Below, one piece after another: positions 1 through 8,672 of a DNA stretch of 22,139 nt. The stretch is from Tolypothrix carrinoi HA7290-LM1 (GTDB taxonomy: Bacteria; Cyanobacteriota; Cyanobacteriia; Cyanobacteriales; Nostocaceae). The position numbers and the translations under genes were made by a program. Numbering within the stretch: position 1 is the stretch's first letter; every line of letters begins with the position of its first letter. The stretch is from positions 1 to 22,139 of the forward strand of contig JAHHIK010000126.1 of the NCBI GenBank assembly GCA_019358935.1, read 5' to 3'. The notes below the pieces were generated by a model, which had not been told where the DNA came from, did not search any database, and saw only the letters and a program-made list of their open reading frames with translations.

Positions 1-475
1 CATTGCCAGGATGCCTGCAACAACCACAGACTCACCTTCACTTTTTTATACCTGTACTCAACTTCGGCTTTTTAGTAGTTTTGAACTCTTAGAGGAGTGA
101 GCGCCGACTTTTAGTCTAAACTCCAGATTTGGAGATGCAATACCAATTAAATGTCAAGAATAAAGTTATTCTTTTTTCCAGTCTTATTCAAAAGTTGAGA
201 TTATAAATAATAATCTCATTAACTATTTTTTAGCAATTTTAATAATTGGGCTTCTTTATTTAAAATTAGGTCTATTTCAACACTCAAATTGATGCACCTA
301 AGGGTTATGCAGTCACATGGGGATAAAAGATACATTCAAACCCGTCATCATAGTCAAAAGGTAAATGAAATTTTTTTTGAGATTTTTTTGCCTGACACAT
401 CCAAAAATTTATGCAAGATAAGTCAGATCATCACTTCAGCGCCTGCTTGAGATTAATTTTCTAATCAATTCAAAA

Positions 476-509
476 ATTTCATCTTGATTTCATAAATCCA
501 TGTCAAAGT
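476..509 (+). promoter_or_regulatory. OmpR-family (CopR/NrsR/RppA-type) direct-repeat box plus extended -10, copy 1, upstream of SulP
   Basis: ATTTCAT(476-482) cttg ATTTCAT(487-493), 7 nt, TG(501-502), t, CAAAGT(504-509). Confidence 0.75.
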
Positions 510-825
510 GTGTAAAGTGGCTGTTCTAATTTTTATACTGTGGCAAAAAGTTCACTTGATCTCAGAAACATTTGTTATGTAAAAAATGTTTTACTTTAGA
601 TTTTATAATTACGAAAACAAGAGGATAGTTAAGCAAAACAGAAAAATTAATTGACAAGTGGCAGATTATTTTTTGGACAAGCTGTAAAAAAACATTCAGT
701 TGCTTGCACCGCATCAAAAATGTAATTTTTTAGATTTTTAGGTTATTGACAAAAGCATACACATCAGCACTTAGCTTTTACAGAATGACCAAGTATAAAC
801 ATATTAAACTGGCTTGAATTTAGTT

Positions 826-2397
826 ATGGCAAAGCTTGAAAAAATCAAATATCAACACTCTTTGAGCAAAGATATCGTAGCATCTTTTGTTGTATTTATC
901 GTTGCTCTTCCGCTATCAATGGGAATTGCGATCGCTTCGGGAGTTCCTGCATCTCGTGGCTTGGTGACAGGAATTGTTGGTGGTATACTTGTCGGGGCGA
1001 TTTCAGGTTCACCATTACAAGTTAGTGGACCAGCAGCAGGGTTAGCGGTGATAGTCGTAGAATTAGTTCGCAGCAATGGTGTAGAAATGCTTGGTCCCGT
1101 CATACTCTTAGCGGGTTTAATACAGACGCTAGCGGGAGTATTCAAGTTTGGTAAGATATTCCGCGCCATATCTCCATCAGTTATTTATGGGATGCTAGCA
1201 GGTATTGGGGTGCTAATTTTTGCTTCGCAATTCCATGTAATGCTAAAGCAAAAGCCCCATGAAACAGGAATTGAAAATTTAATTACCATCCCCATCTCTC
1301 TGTTCCACACTTTTTTTGCTGCTGACAGTGTTAACCATTTGATGGCTGCGGCAATTGGTGTTATTACCTTAATTGTGCTGCTGTTGTGGGATAAATTCAA
1401 ACCGCGTAGCTTGAAACTGTATCCTGGAGGATTAATTGGTGTGTTGACGGGGACAACAATTGCCAACCTGTTGCACCTATCAATTCCTTATGTCGATGTA
1501 CCAGTAAATCTTCTCGAAGTCATCCAAATTCCAACCACAGGAAGCTTAATTCGCCTTCTGAATCCATCCTTACTAATATCAGCGATCGCGATCGCATTTA
1601 TTGCCAGTGCCGAAAGTTTACTTTCAGCGGCGGCGGTGGATAGGCTACACCAAGGCTCAAAAACCGATTTTGACCGGGAATTAACCGCCCAAGGCTTCGG
1701 TAACATTGTCTGCGGCGCACTCGGAGTATTACCAATGACAGGAGTAATTGTCCGCAGTTCGGTGAATGTCAAAGCTGGGGCAACAACTCGACTATCCGCT
1801 ATACTACATGGTGTTTGGATACTGCTTTTGGTAGTCCTCGCACCAGGCTTACTTCGGATGATTCCGATGTCGAGTCTTTCCGCAATTCTAGTTGTTACGG
1901 GCTACAAGCTAGTGGAAGTCGAGAACATCCGCAAGCTGAAACAGTACGGACGTATGCCTTTAGTCATTTTTACTGCAACTTTTCTTGGAATTATTGCCAC
2001 CGATTTGCTTAAAGGAGTAATAATTGGTATTGTACTGACCATAATGACACTGATTTATAAAATATCCTACCTTAACCTACACCTTGAGAAGGACGAAGAA
2101 AATCGACGAATACATGTGTATATAGAAGGAACTGCAACGTTTATTCGCTTGCCAAAACTGGCTTCTGTTTTAGAGGACATGCCATCAAATACAGAATTAT
2201 GTGTACATTTTGACAAATTAGTTTATATAGACCACTCTTGCCTGGACTGGTTATCAATGTGGGCAGAGCAACAACAGCAGAGGGGAAATACGGTAATTAT
2301 GCACTGGGATAACCTGGAAAAGCGCTTCCGCAGACCTTTTCGAGATTTAGATATTAATATCGAGAATAAACAATCGAAGCGATCGCAGCCATTATAA
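826..2397 (+). CDS. SulP/SLC26-family inorganic anion (sulfate/bicarbonate) transporter with short C-terminal STAS-like domain
   Basis: Motifs DIVASFVVFIVALPLSMGIAIASG, SGPAAGL, ELTAQGFGN, PMTGVIVRSSVNV, YIDHSCLD; many TM segments. ATG at 826 preferred over TTG at 814. Confidence 0.92.
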   Translation: MAKLEKIKYQHSLSKDIVASFVVFIVALPLSMGIAIASGVPASRGLVTGIVGGILVGAISGSPLQVSGPAAGLAVIVVELVRSNGVEMLGPVILLAGLIQTLAGVFKFGKIFRAISPSVIYGMLAGIGVLIFASQFHVMLKQKPHETGIENLITIPISLFHTFFAADSVNHLMAAAIGVITLIVLLLWDKFKPRSLKLYPGGLIGVLTGTTIANLLHLSIPYVDVPVNLLEVIQIPTTGSLIRLLNPSLLISAIAIAFIASAESLLSAAAVDRLHQGSKTDFDRELTAQGFGNIVCGALGVLPMTGVIVRSSVNVKAGATTRLSAILHGVWILLLVVLAPGLLRMIPMSSLSAILVVTGYKLVEVENIRKLKQYGRMPLVIFTATFLGIIATDLLKGVIIGIVLTIMTLIYKISYLNLHLEKDEENRRIHVYIEGTATFIRLPKLASVLEDMPSNTELCVHFDKLVYIDHSCLDWLSMWAEQQQQRGNTVIMHWDNLEKRFRRPFRDLDINIENKQSKRSQPL

Positions 2398-2423
2398 ATT
2401 TATGAGGTTGAATCTCCATCCTT

Positions 2424-2457
2424 ATTTCATCCTAATTTCATTTCAGTGTGAAAGAAT
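2424..2457 (+). promoter_or_regulatory. Direct-repeat box plus extended -10, copy 2, upstream of the RND adaptor
   Basis: ATTTCAT(2424-2430) ccta ATTTCAT(2435-2441), 7 nt, TG(2449-2450), a, AAGAAT(2452-2457). Confidence 0.8.
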
Positions 2458-2578
2458 GTTAACTAACAGCTTATTCAGCTTCTGAAGTAAATTTCAAAAG
2501 CTATGTAGCTATTTCTTCATGAATATGCGAAATACACATAGGCGTGACTCTCCCCTCTATTAAAGGAAACTCTAGGCG

Positions 2579-4237
2579 ATGCGATTTAACTGTTCCCAAA
2601 ATCAAACTGCATCACTCCTCCATGTTTCTTCTGCAATACTGAGCTTGCTGTTGCTAACTACTCAAGGCGTCGTCCTTGCTGGTGCTGGACACGATCACAG
2701 TGGTGCAAGTTCGTTTCAAACTGGAGGGGACGCAAATAGTCCAGTAAATGTTGATGCAGAAACAGCCCAACGCTTAGGAATTAAAGTCGAACCCGTAAAA
2801 CGTCAGCCCCTCGCTCTTGGGATAAAAACCACCGGACAAATTGAAACTCTACCCAGCCAAAAAGTTGAAGTCACGACTCCAATTACAGGGGCGAAAGTAG
2901 TAGAGTTATTGGTGGAACCTGGTGCAACAGTCACAAAAGGTCAACCTCTCGCCGTCGTCACAAGTCCCGACTTAGTTGATTTGCGCGTTACTTCTCAAGA
3001 AAAACGTGCAACAGCGATCGCCGAAGCGCAACAAGCACAAGCCGATTTAAAATTAGCCCAACAAAATAGAGAGCGATACCTACAGATAGCCCAAGCAGAG
3101 ACAGCGCAAGCACAAAGTCAAGTTGCCTTTGCTCAAGAAAAATATACTAAAGATACACAATTAGCCTCCGCTGGTGCTTTACCCCGTCGTAATGCTCTCG
3201 AATCTCAAACCCAATTAGCAGAAGCAAAAGCTAAACTCATTTCAGCCACTAGCAGACGGGATGTAATCGAAGCCGAAGCACAAGTTAAACGCGCTCAATC
3301 TGCCCTTCAAGTAGCACAAGTACAGCTTCGCATTAGTGGAGATACGTATAATACTCGGTTGCAACAATTAGGAAACCTCCCTAATTCTAAGGGATTGGTG
3401 ACAGTGACGGCTCCGATTTCTGGTAAAGTAGCCGACCGCGAAGTAACCATCGGTCAAACTTTTAACGATGCAGGTGGTAGATTAATGACTATTATTAACG
3501 ATAGTCAGGTGTTTGCGACAGCCAATATTTACGAAAAAGATTTAGATAAAGTAAAAATTGGTGAAAGGGTGAATTTGAAAGTTGCGAGTTTGCGCGATCG
3601 CATTTTCACAGGAAAAATTACCCGAATTGGCACATCTGTACAAGGAGAAACACGAGTAGTACCCGTACAAGCCGTAGTGGATAACGCAGGTGGACAACTC
3701 AAACCCGGAATGTTTGCCGAACTGGAAGTATTGACGGGTCAACAATCTGTACCGACTTTGGCGATTCCCGCTTCAGCAATGGTTGATGCTAATGGTAAAA
3801 AAGTTGTTTATGTCCAAAATGGTAATGCCTACCAAGCTGCTGAAGTCACATTGGGTCAAACCTCTGGAGATATAGTAGAAGTGAAAACAGGTTTATTTGA
3901 TGGCGATATGATTGTGACTCAGCGAGCTACGCAATTATACGCGCAGTCGTTACGGGGTGGTAGTGAAAGCAAAGAAGATAGCCACGCAGAAGAGGCTACG
4001 GTTAAAAGTAATAATTCTGCTTTACCTTTGTGGTTATTAGTAGCAGGTGGGGGTATAGTTGCGGCTGGTGCTTTTGCGGCTGGAAGTTTTTGGTCGAGTC
4101 GTAAGCGTTCCCGTCTAATACCAGCAGGTAATTTAGATTACAACGGGTTGAACTATGAAACTGAGGTTTATCTAGATAAACATTCATTACCTTTGGCGGA
4201 TGCGTCTGTGGTGGAGAAGGGCAAAAAAGATGAGTAG
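2579..4237 (+). CDS. Heavy-metal RND efflux periplasmic adaptor (membrane fusion protein, CzcB/CusB-like)
   Basis: N-terminal signal followed by GHDH; lipoyl-half motifs (LVEPGATVTKGQPL, VTAPISGKV); coiled-coil hairpin; LKPGMFA; IPASAMV; directly upstream of an RND pump. Confidence 0.93.
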   Translation: MRFNCSQNQTASLLHVSSAILSLLLLTTQGVVLAGAGHDHSGASSFQTGGDANSPVNVDAETAQRLGIKVEPVKRQPLALGIKTTGQIETLPSQKVEVTTPITGAKVVELLVEPGATVTKGQPLAVVTSPDLVDLRVTSQEKRATAIAEAQQAQADLKLAQQNRERYLQIAQAETAQAQSQVAFAQEKYTKDTQLASAGALPRRNALESQTQLAEAKAKLISATSRRDVIEAEAQVKRAQSALQVAQVQLRISGDTYNTRLQQLGNLPNSKGLVTVTAPISGKVADREVTIGQTFNDAGGRLMTIINDSQVFATANIYEKDLDKVKIGERVNLKVASLRDRIFTGKITRIGTSVQGETRVVPVQAVVDNAGGQLKPGMFAELEVLTGQQSVPTLAIPASAMVDANGKKVVYVQNGNAYQAAEVTLGQTSGDIVEVKTGLFDGDMIVTQRATQLYAQSLRGGSESKEDSHAEEATVKSNNSALPLWLLVAGGGIVAAGAFAAGSFWSSRKRSRLIPAGNLDYNGLNYETEVYLDKHSLPLADASVVEKGKKDE

Positions 4238-4268
4238 CAGTAAAGGTTATTAAGGCTCGGCTTAACAT

Positions 4269-4412
4269 TAGACCTCTGAAAAAAACAATGTAGAGACAAA
4301 ATTAATAATTTCCACTTCTGTGTCTAGTCTCCGTCCAAGATGTAGAGACGCGATATATCGCGTCTCTACAAGGATTGTGGGTAAAGCACAATTAATTTTC
4401 AACAGATATCTA
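4269..4412. mobile_element. MITE-like non-autonomous element (about 144 bp) containing a GTAG-type palindrome
   Basis: Terminal inverted repeats TAGACCTCTG(4269-4278) and CAGATATCTA(4403-4412), 8/10 match, TA at both ends; internal TGTAGAGAC at 4289 and a 30-bp palindrome at 4341-4370. Confidence 0.6.
4341..4370. repeat. Perfect 30-bp palindrome TGTAGAGACGCGATATATCGCGTCTCTACA (GTAG REP-like / small dispersed repeat)
   Basis: Exactly self-complementary; second copy (28/30 identical) at 20241-20270. Confidence 0.9.
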
Positions 4413-4457
4413 TTATATATATTCAATTTTGCTAAACCCAACACAGTCCCATCAAAT

Positions 4458-4491
4458 ATTTCATGCCAATTTCATCTGAGCATGAAAAACT
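4458..4491 (+). promoter_or_regulatory. Direct-repeat box plus extended -10, copy 3, upstream of RND pump 1
   Basis: ATTTCAT(4458-4464) gcca ATTTCAT(4469-4475), 7 nt, TG(4483-4484), a, AAAACT(4486-4491). Confidence 0.8.
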
Positions 4492-4539
4492 AGAAAATAA
4501 CTACGCGCCAAGTACAGAACGCAAATCCTAAAATCAAAA

Positions 4540-7500
4540 ATGCTTGGAAACATTGTTAAGTGGGTAATTAACCGACGCTGGCTCGTTGTATTAGCTACAA
4601 TTATTGTCTCGTTGTGGACATTCTACGTCATTCCTCAAATGCCGTTGGATGTACTGCCAGCCTTTGCACCCCCGCAAGTGGAAATCCAAGCCGAAGCCCC
4701 TGGACTCGCACCGGAGGAAGTCGAATCGTTAGTAACTTTACCAATAGAGAGTGCAATTAACGGCACACCCGGAGTAACCGCAGTCCGTTCGTCGAGTGCG
4801 GCTGGTATTTCTGCCGTGAGGGTAATATTTAATTCGTCAACTGACATTTATCAAGCGCGTCAGCTAGTTACCGAACGACTACAACAAGCGGTTAGTAAGC
4901 TACCTCCAGGAGTTGAAACACCACAAATATCTCCCACCACTTCCCCTGTCGGTTTAGTTGTCCAGTATGCTTTTACCGTTGAAGATGGGAAAGACTCCAA
5001 TTCTACCCCAGCGGGGCAAGCTACATCCCTAACTCCTAACTCCCTAATGGAAGCTCGTCGAATCGTCGATTGGCAAGTGACAAATCGCCTTTTAGCTGTT
5101 CCCGGAGTCAGCCAAGTTTTAAGTTTTGGTGGTGATGAGCGTCAATTTCAAGTACTAGTTGACCCCGTAAAGTTAGCAGCTTTTAATATTACTCTAGACC
5201 AAGTTACGCAAGCAACTCAAAAAGCAAACGTCAATGCTCCTGGAGGATTTTTGATTACGGCAGATACAGAACAGTTGATTCGGGGTATCGGTAGAATCGA
5301 ATCAATTGAAGACTTAAAGAAATCAAGTATTATTGCACGTAATGGCGTTCCCGTAAAATTGCAAGATGTAGCCGATGTCCAAATTGGGGCAGCACTAAAA
5401 CGGGGTGATGGCAGTTTTAATGGCAAACCCGCAATTATTGTCATGGTCAATAAACAGCCAATAGTTGATACTCCGACTGTTACCCGTGCGGTAGAAAAAG
5501 CAATGGCAGAAATCAAAGCTGGATTGCCAAAAAATATTAAAGTTACTACTACATTTCGTCAAGACAGTTATATTGAGTCTTCGGTTGACAACGTTCGTTC
5601 CTCTTTGATTCAAGGTAGTATTATTGCCGCAATTATTCTGATTCCTTTTTTAATGAATTGGCGTATCCTCGCAGTATGTTTGTTAGACTTTTTCTTAACA
5701 TTACTGTTTGGGATGTTAGCACTTTCATGGTTGGGAATTGGACTAAATACAATGACCTTGGGTGGTTTAGCAGTTGCGATTGGGACTGCAATTGATGATG
5801 CAATTGTATATGGTGAAAATACTTATCGCCGACTGCGGGAAAACAAAACTTCGGATAATCCATTATCACCGTTAGAAATTATTTTTGAAGGTTCTCAAGA
5901 AGTACGCGATTCGCTGGTTGGTGCAACTATTATTGGTATTATTGTTTTTTCGCCTATTTTTACCTTACCGGGTATCGAAGGTCGAATTTTTACCCCAATG
6001 GGTATTTCTTATTTAGTGGTAGTTGTCATTTCTAGTTTAGAATCTTTGTTGGTTTCTCCAGCTTTATGTGCCATTTTATTACCGAATACAAAGGTGACAA
6101 AGCGAGAACCTTGGCTAGCCAGATTTTGCAAGGCAATTTACAGCTCTTGTTTAAACTTTTCCATGCGAAACTCCTTCTTGATTATGGGTGTCGCAACAGT
6201 TTTAACAGTTGCATCAATTGCGATCATTCCTTCTTTCGGTAGAGCCTTTTTACCAGAGTTTCAAGAGCAAACGATGGTTAATACTTTGATATCTTATCCA
6301 ACTGTTTCTCTAGAAAGTAGCACCAAAGCTGGTTATGTAATCGAAGAAGCATTAAAAAATGACCGGAGATTTAAATTTATTCAAACTCGTTCCGGACGTG
6401 CTTCCGGTGATTCCGAAGCAGCAGGTGTAAACGTTGCTCACCTTGACATTGAATTAACCGATGAGGGAATGCGAAACCGCGAAAAAACTTTAGGAGTAAT
6501 GCGAGCAGCATTTGAGAAAATACCGGGTGCAGCAGCTAATGTTGGTGGATTTCTTTCGCACCGAATGGACGAAGTTTTATCCGGGGTTCGTAGTTCCATA
6601 GCTGTGAAAATTTTCGGTTCCGACTTAGCGCAGTTAAGGAAAATTGGGCAGCAAGTAGAGCAACAAATGGCAACAGTTGATGGTGTCATTGACTTACAAC
6701 TCGAACCACAACTTCCAGTACCGCAAATCCAAATTAAATTTGACCGTGATGCAGCTAGTCGTTACGGTCATACGGTGGGGGATTTGGCAAATACAATTGA
6801 AACTGCACTCAATGGTAAAGTTGTTTCTAAAGTTTTAGAAAACCAACAGTCTTTTGATTTGATTGTATGGTTAAAACCCGAAGCACGGCAAAATGTAGAA
6901 ACTATCCGTAATTTGTTAATTGATACTCCCAATGGGCAGAAAGTACCTTTAGGTAACGTTGCTACTATTGTCAATGGAACGGGACCCAATACAATCAACC
7001 GTGAAAACGTTTCCCGCTTGATAGTCGTTGCTGCAAATGCTAAAGGTCGAGATTTACGCTCGATTGTCACTGATATTGAAAGCAAAGTTAAAAGTAATGT
7101 CCAAGTACCTGCGGGTTATTTTATTCAGTATGCAGGTCAGTTTGAAGCTGAAGAACGCGCAACCCAAAATATTCTCGTTTTTAGCGCGATCGCATTCATT
7201 GCGATTACAGTATTAATGTACCTTTCAGTTAAATCTATCCCTTCTACCGCGATGATTATGATTAATTTACCAATTGCGTTGGTAGGTGGTGTAATCGCTG
7301 TTGCTTTAACTGGTGGGGTAATTTCGGTTGCGTCTTTAGTTGGGTTTGTTTCCTTGTTTGGGGTGGCAACTCGCAACGGTTTATTATTGGTGGATAATTA
7401 TAACAGTAAGTATGCCGAAGGAATGCCATTAAACGAAGTTATTACCAAAGGGTCAATGGAACGACTAAATGCAATTTTGATGACAGCTTTAACTTCTGCA

Positions 7501-7704
7501 TTAGGTTTAGCACCGATGGTCATTCAAGGTGGACCAGGACAGGAACTTTTGCAACCGTTATCTGTAGTTGTTTTTGGTGGTTTGTTTACTTCTACTGCAA
7601 TAACTTTAGTGGTTTTACCTGCGTTGTATGCGAAGTTTGGTAAATTTTTGTTCCCGAAGAAAGTGGAGTCAGCTAAAGAGGGGCAATTTTTCATGCATAT
7701 GTAG
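4540..7704 (+). CDS. CusA/CzcA-family heavy-metal efflux RND permease, paralog 1
   Basis: 1054 aa; PGLAPEEVESLVTLPIE, NTMTLGGLAVAIG..IDDAIV..EN, TINRENVSR, VGFVSLFGVATRNG, RLNAILMTA, LQPLSVVVFGGLFTST. Confidence 0.95.
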   Translation: MLGNIVKWVINRRWLVVLATIIVSLWTFYVIPQMPLDVLPAFAPPQVEIQAEAPGLAPEEVESLVTLPIESAINGTPGVTAVRSSSAAGISAVRVIFNSSTDIYQARQLVTERLQQAVSKLPPGVETPQISPTTSPVGLVVQYAFTVEDGKDSNSTPAGQATSLTPNSLMEARRIVDWQVTNRLLAVPGVSQVLSFGGDERQFQVLVDPVKLAAFNITLDQVTQATQKANVNAPGGFLITADTEQLIRGIGRIESIEDLKKSSIIARNGVPVKLQDVADVQIGAALKRGDGSFNGKPAIIVMVNKQPIVDTPTVTRAVEKAMAEIKAGLPKNIKVTTTFRQDSYIESSVDNVRSSLIQGSIIAAIILIPFLMNWRILAVCLLDFFLTLLFGMLALSWLGIGLNTMTLGGLAVAIGTAIDDAIVYGENTYRRLRENKTSDNPLSPLEIIFEGSQEVRDSLVGATIIGIIVFSPIFTLPGIEGRIFTPMGISYLVVVVISSLESLLVSPALCAILLPNTKVTKREPWLARFCKAIYSSCLNFSMRNSFLIMGVATVLTVASIAIIPSFGRAFLPEFQEQTMVNTLISYPTVSLESSTKAGYVIEEALKNDRRFKFIQTRSGRASGDSEAAGVNVAHLDIELTDEGMRNREKTLGVMRAAFEKIPGAAANVGGFLSHRMDEVLSGVRSSIAVKIFGSDLAQLRKIGQQVEQQMATVDGVIDLQLEPQLPVPQIQIKFDRDAASRYGHTVGDLANTIETALNGKVVSKVLENQQSFDLIVWLKPEARQNVETIRNLLIDTPNGQKVPLGNVATIVNGTGPNTINRENVSRLIVVAANAKGRDLRSIVTDIESKVKSNVQVPAGYFIQYAGQFEAEERATQNILVFSAIAFIAITVLMYLSVKSIPSTAMIMINLPIALVGGVIAVALTGGVISVASLVGFVSLFGVATRNGLLLVDNYNSKYAEGMPLNEVITKGSMERLNAILMTALTSALGLAPMVIQGGPGQELLQPLSVVVFGGLFTSTAITLVVLPALYAKFGKFLFPKKVESAKEGQFFMHM

Positions 7705-7736
7705 GGAAATTATTGTGAGAATGGTATATATAGTCC

Positions 7737-8072
7737 CTAAGCCACACCGTACCCCGTATACTCTCTTGCATAAACAGGCTGCAAACCTAACACAATATCT
7801 TCCTTCGATACTCCCATTGCGACCAGTTCATCAGCAATCAATTTATCACTTTGGTTGCGTTGAATCCAAATTTTCCCATCTTTAATATCTAAATGCATGA
7901 TGCAATTGTAAATACGGCGATGTTTATCCCACCCTAAATCGACTATTTGATAATGGTCGCGTTCGATATCAAAAATCGTTTGCACCTCAAGTTCGCCATG
8001 TATCGGCTTTCCTTTGCTATATTCGGTCAAGAGTTCTTGAATGCACTGGCGGTAAAATATTAATTTATCCAT
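7737..8072 (-). CDS. xisI: XisI-family protein
   Basis: 111 aa; typical motifs FDIERDHYQIVDLGW, HLDIKDGKIWIQ, IADELVAMGVSKEDIVLG, REYTGYGVA; overlaps the end of xisH. Confidence 0.92.
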   Translation of the reverse strand: MDKLIFYRQCIQELLTEYSKGKPIHGELEVQTIFDIERDHYQIVDLGWDKHRRIYNCIMHLDIKDGKIWIQRNQSDKLIADELVAMGVSKEDIVLGLQPVYAREYTGYGVA

Positions 8073-8479
8073 CTGACTATCACCTCATCTACAGGGTCGT
8101 ACACTATTAATTTAACTTGATACTGTTGTATCGATGCTTTTGCTAAATCGCGTTGAAAAAATGACTCATAAGCCGCAATTGGCACAGCTAAATATAAAAT
8201 TCGTTCTTTTTCACTGGCTTCTAAAACTAAGCGGTAATTTAGAAATTGACCCAATGCCAGATGAAAATCAAATAAGGCTGAGTCACTTAAAAAGCTTTTA
8301 ATTTCGACTGCTATTTTTTCTCCTGCTCTTTCAGCCCCCAATACCCGCTCTGCACCTAAATCAATTCTAACTTCATCCTCTTCGCCGTACTCAATTCTCA
8401 GTGGGTCATGTGTAATTATCCACCGTTCTTGTTAAAGAGCCTTTTTAACTACGTCATGAAATCGGTCTTTGGCTGACAT
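8060..8479 (-). pseudogene. xisH: XisH-family PD-(D/E)XK nuclease-like protein with a premature stop
   Basis: From ATG 8479 reads MSAKDRFHDVVKKAL*QERWIITHDPLRIEYGEEDEVRIDLGAERVLGAERAGEKIAVEIKSF...; in-frame TAA at 8432-8434 (codon 16); 140 codons with no frameshift. Confidence 0.9.
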
Positions 8480-8568
8480 CTATTCTCACTCAGATGGTTT
8501 TAAGTCGTTCATTTTAAATAAATTCGTGGCTTAAATAGAATTTTATGCACTCCATACCTCTCCCAGAA

Positions 8569-8602
8569 ATTTCATCCCAATTTCATCTTCATCTGAGAAA
8601 GT
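8569..8602 (+). promoter_or_regulatory. Direct-repeat box plus extended -10, copy 4, upstream of RND pump 2
   Basis: ATTTCAT(8569-8575) ccca ATTTCAT(8580-8586), 7 nt, TG(8594-8595), a, GAAAGT(8597-8602). Confidence 0.8.
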
Positions 8603-8672
8603 AGATAAAGTACCCAATATTTAAATTTACTAGCTGCATTAAGAGTACGAATATCCCTCAAAGGGTCTAAAA

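Noticed and set aside
1..140. Possible gene fragment at the left edge (minus strand ...GESVVVAGILAM)
   Set aside because: In-frame stops immediately upstream and too short to assign to a family
510..825. Long SulP leader as a riboswitch or a carbonic anhydrase remnant
   Set aside because: No convincing stem-loop architecture or recognisable coding remnant by eye; would need an Rfam/Infernal scan and a BLASTX search
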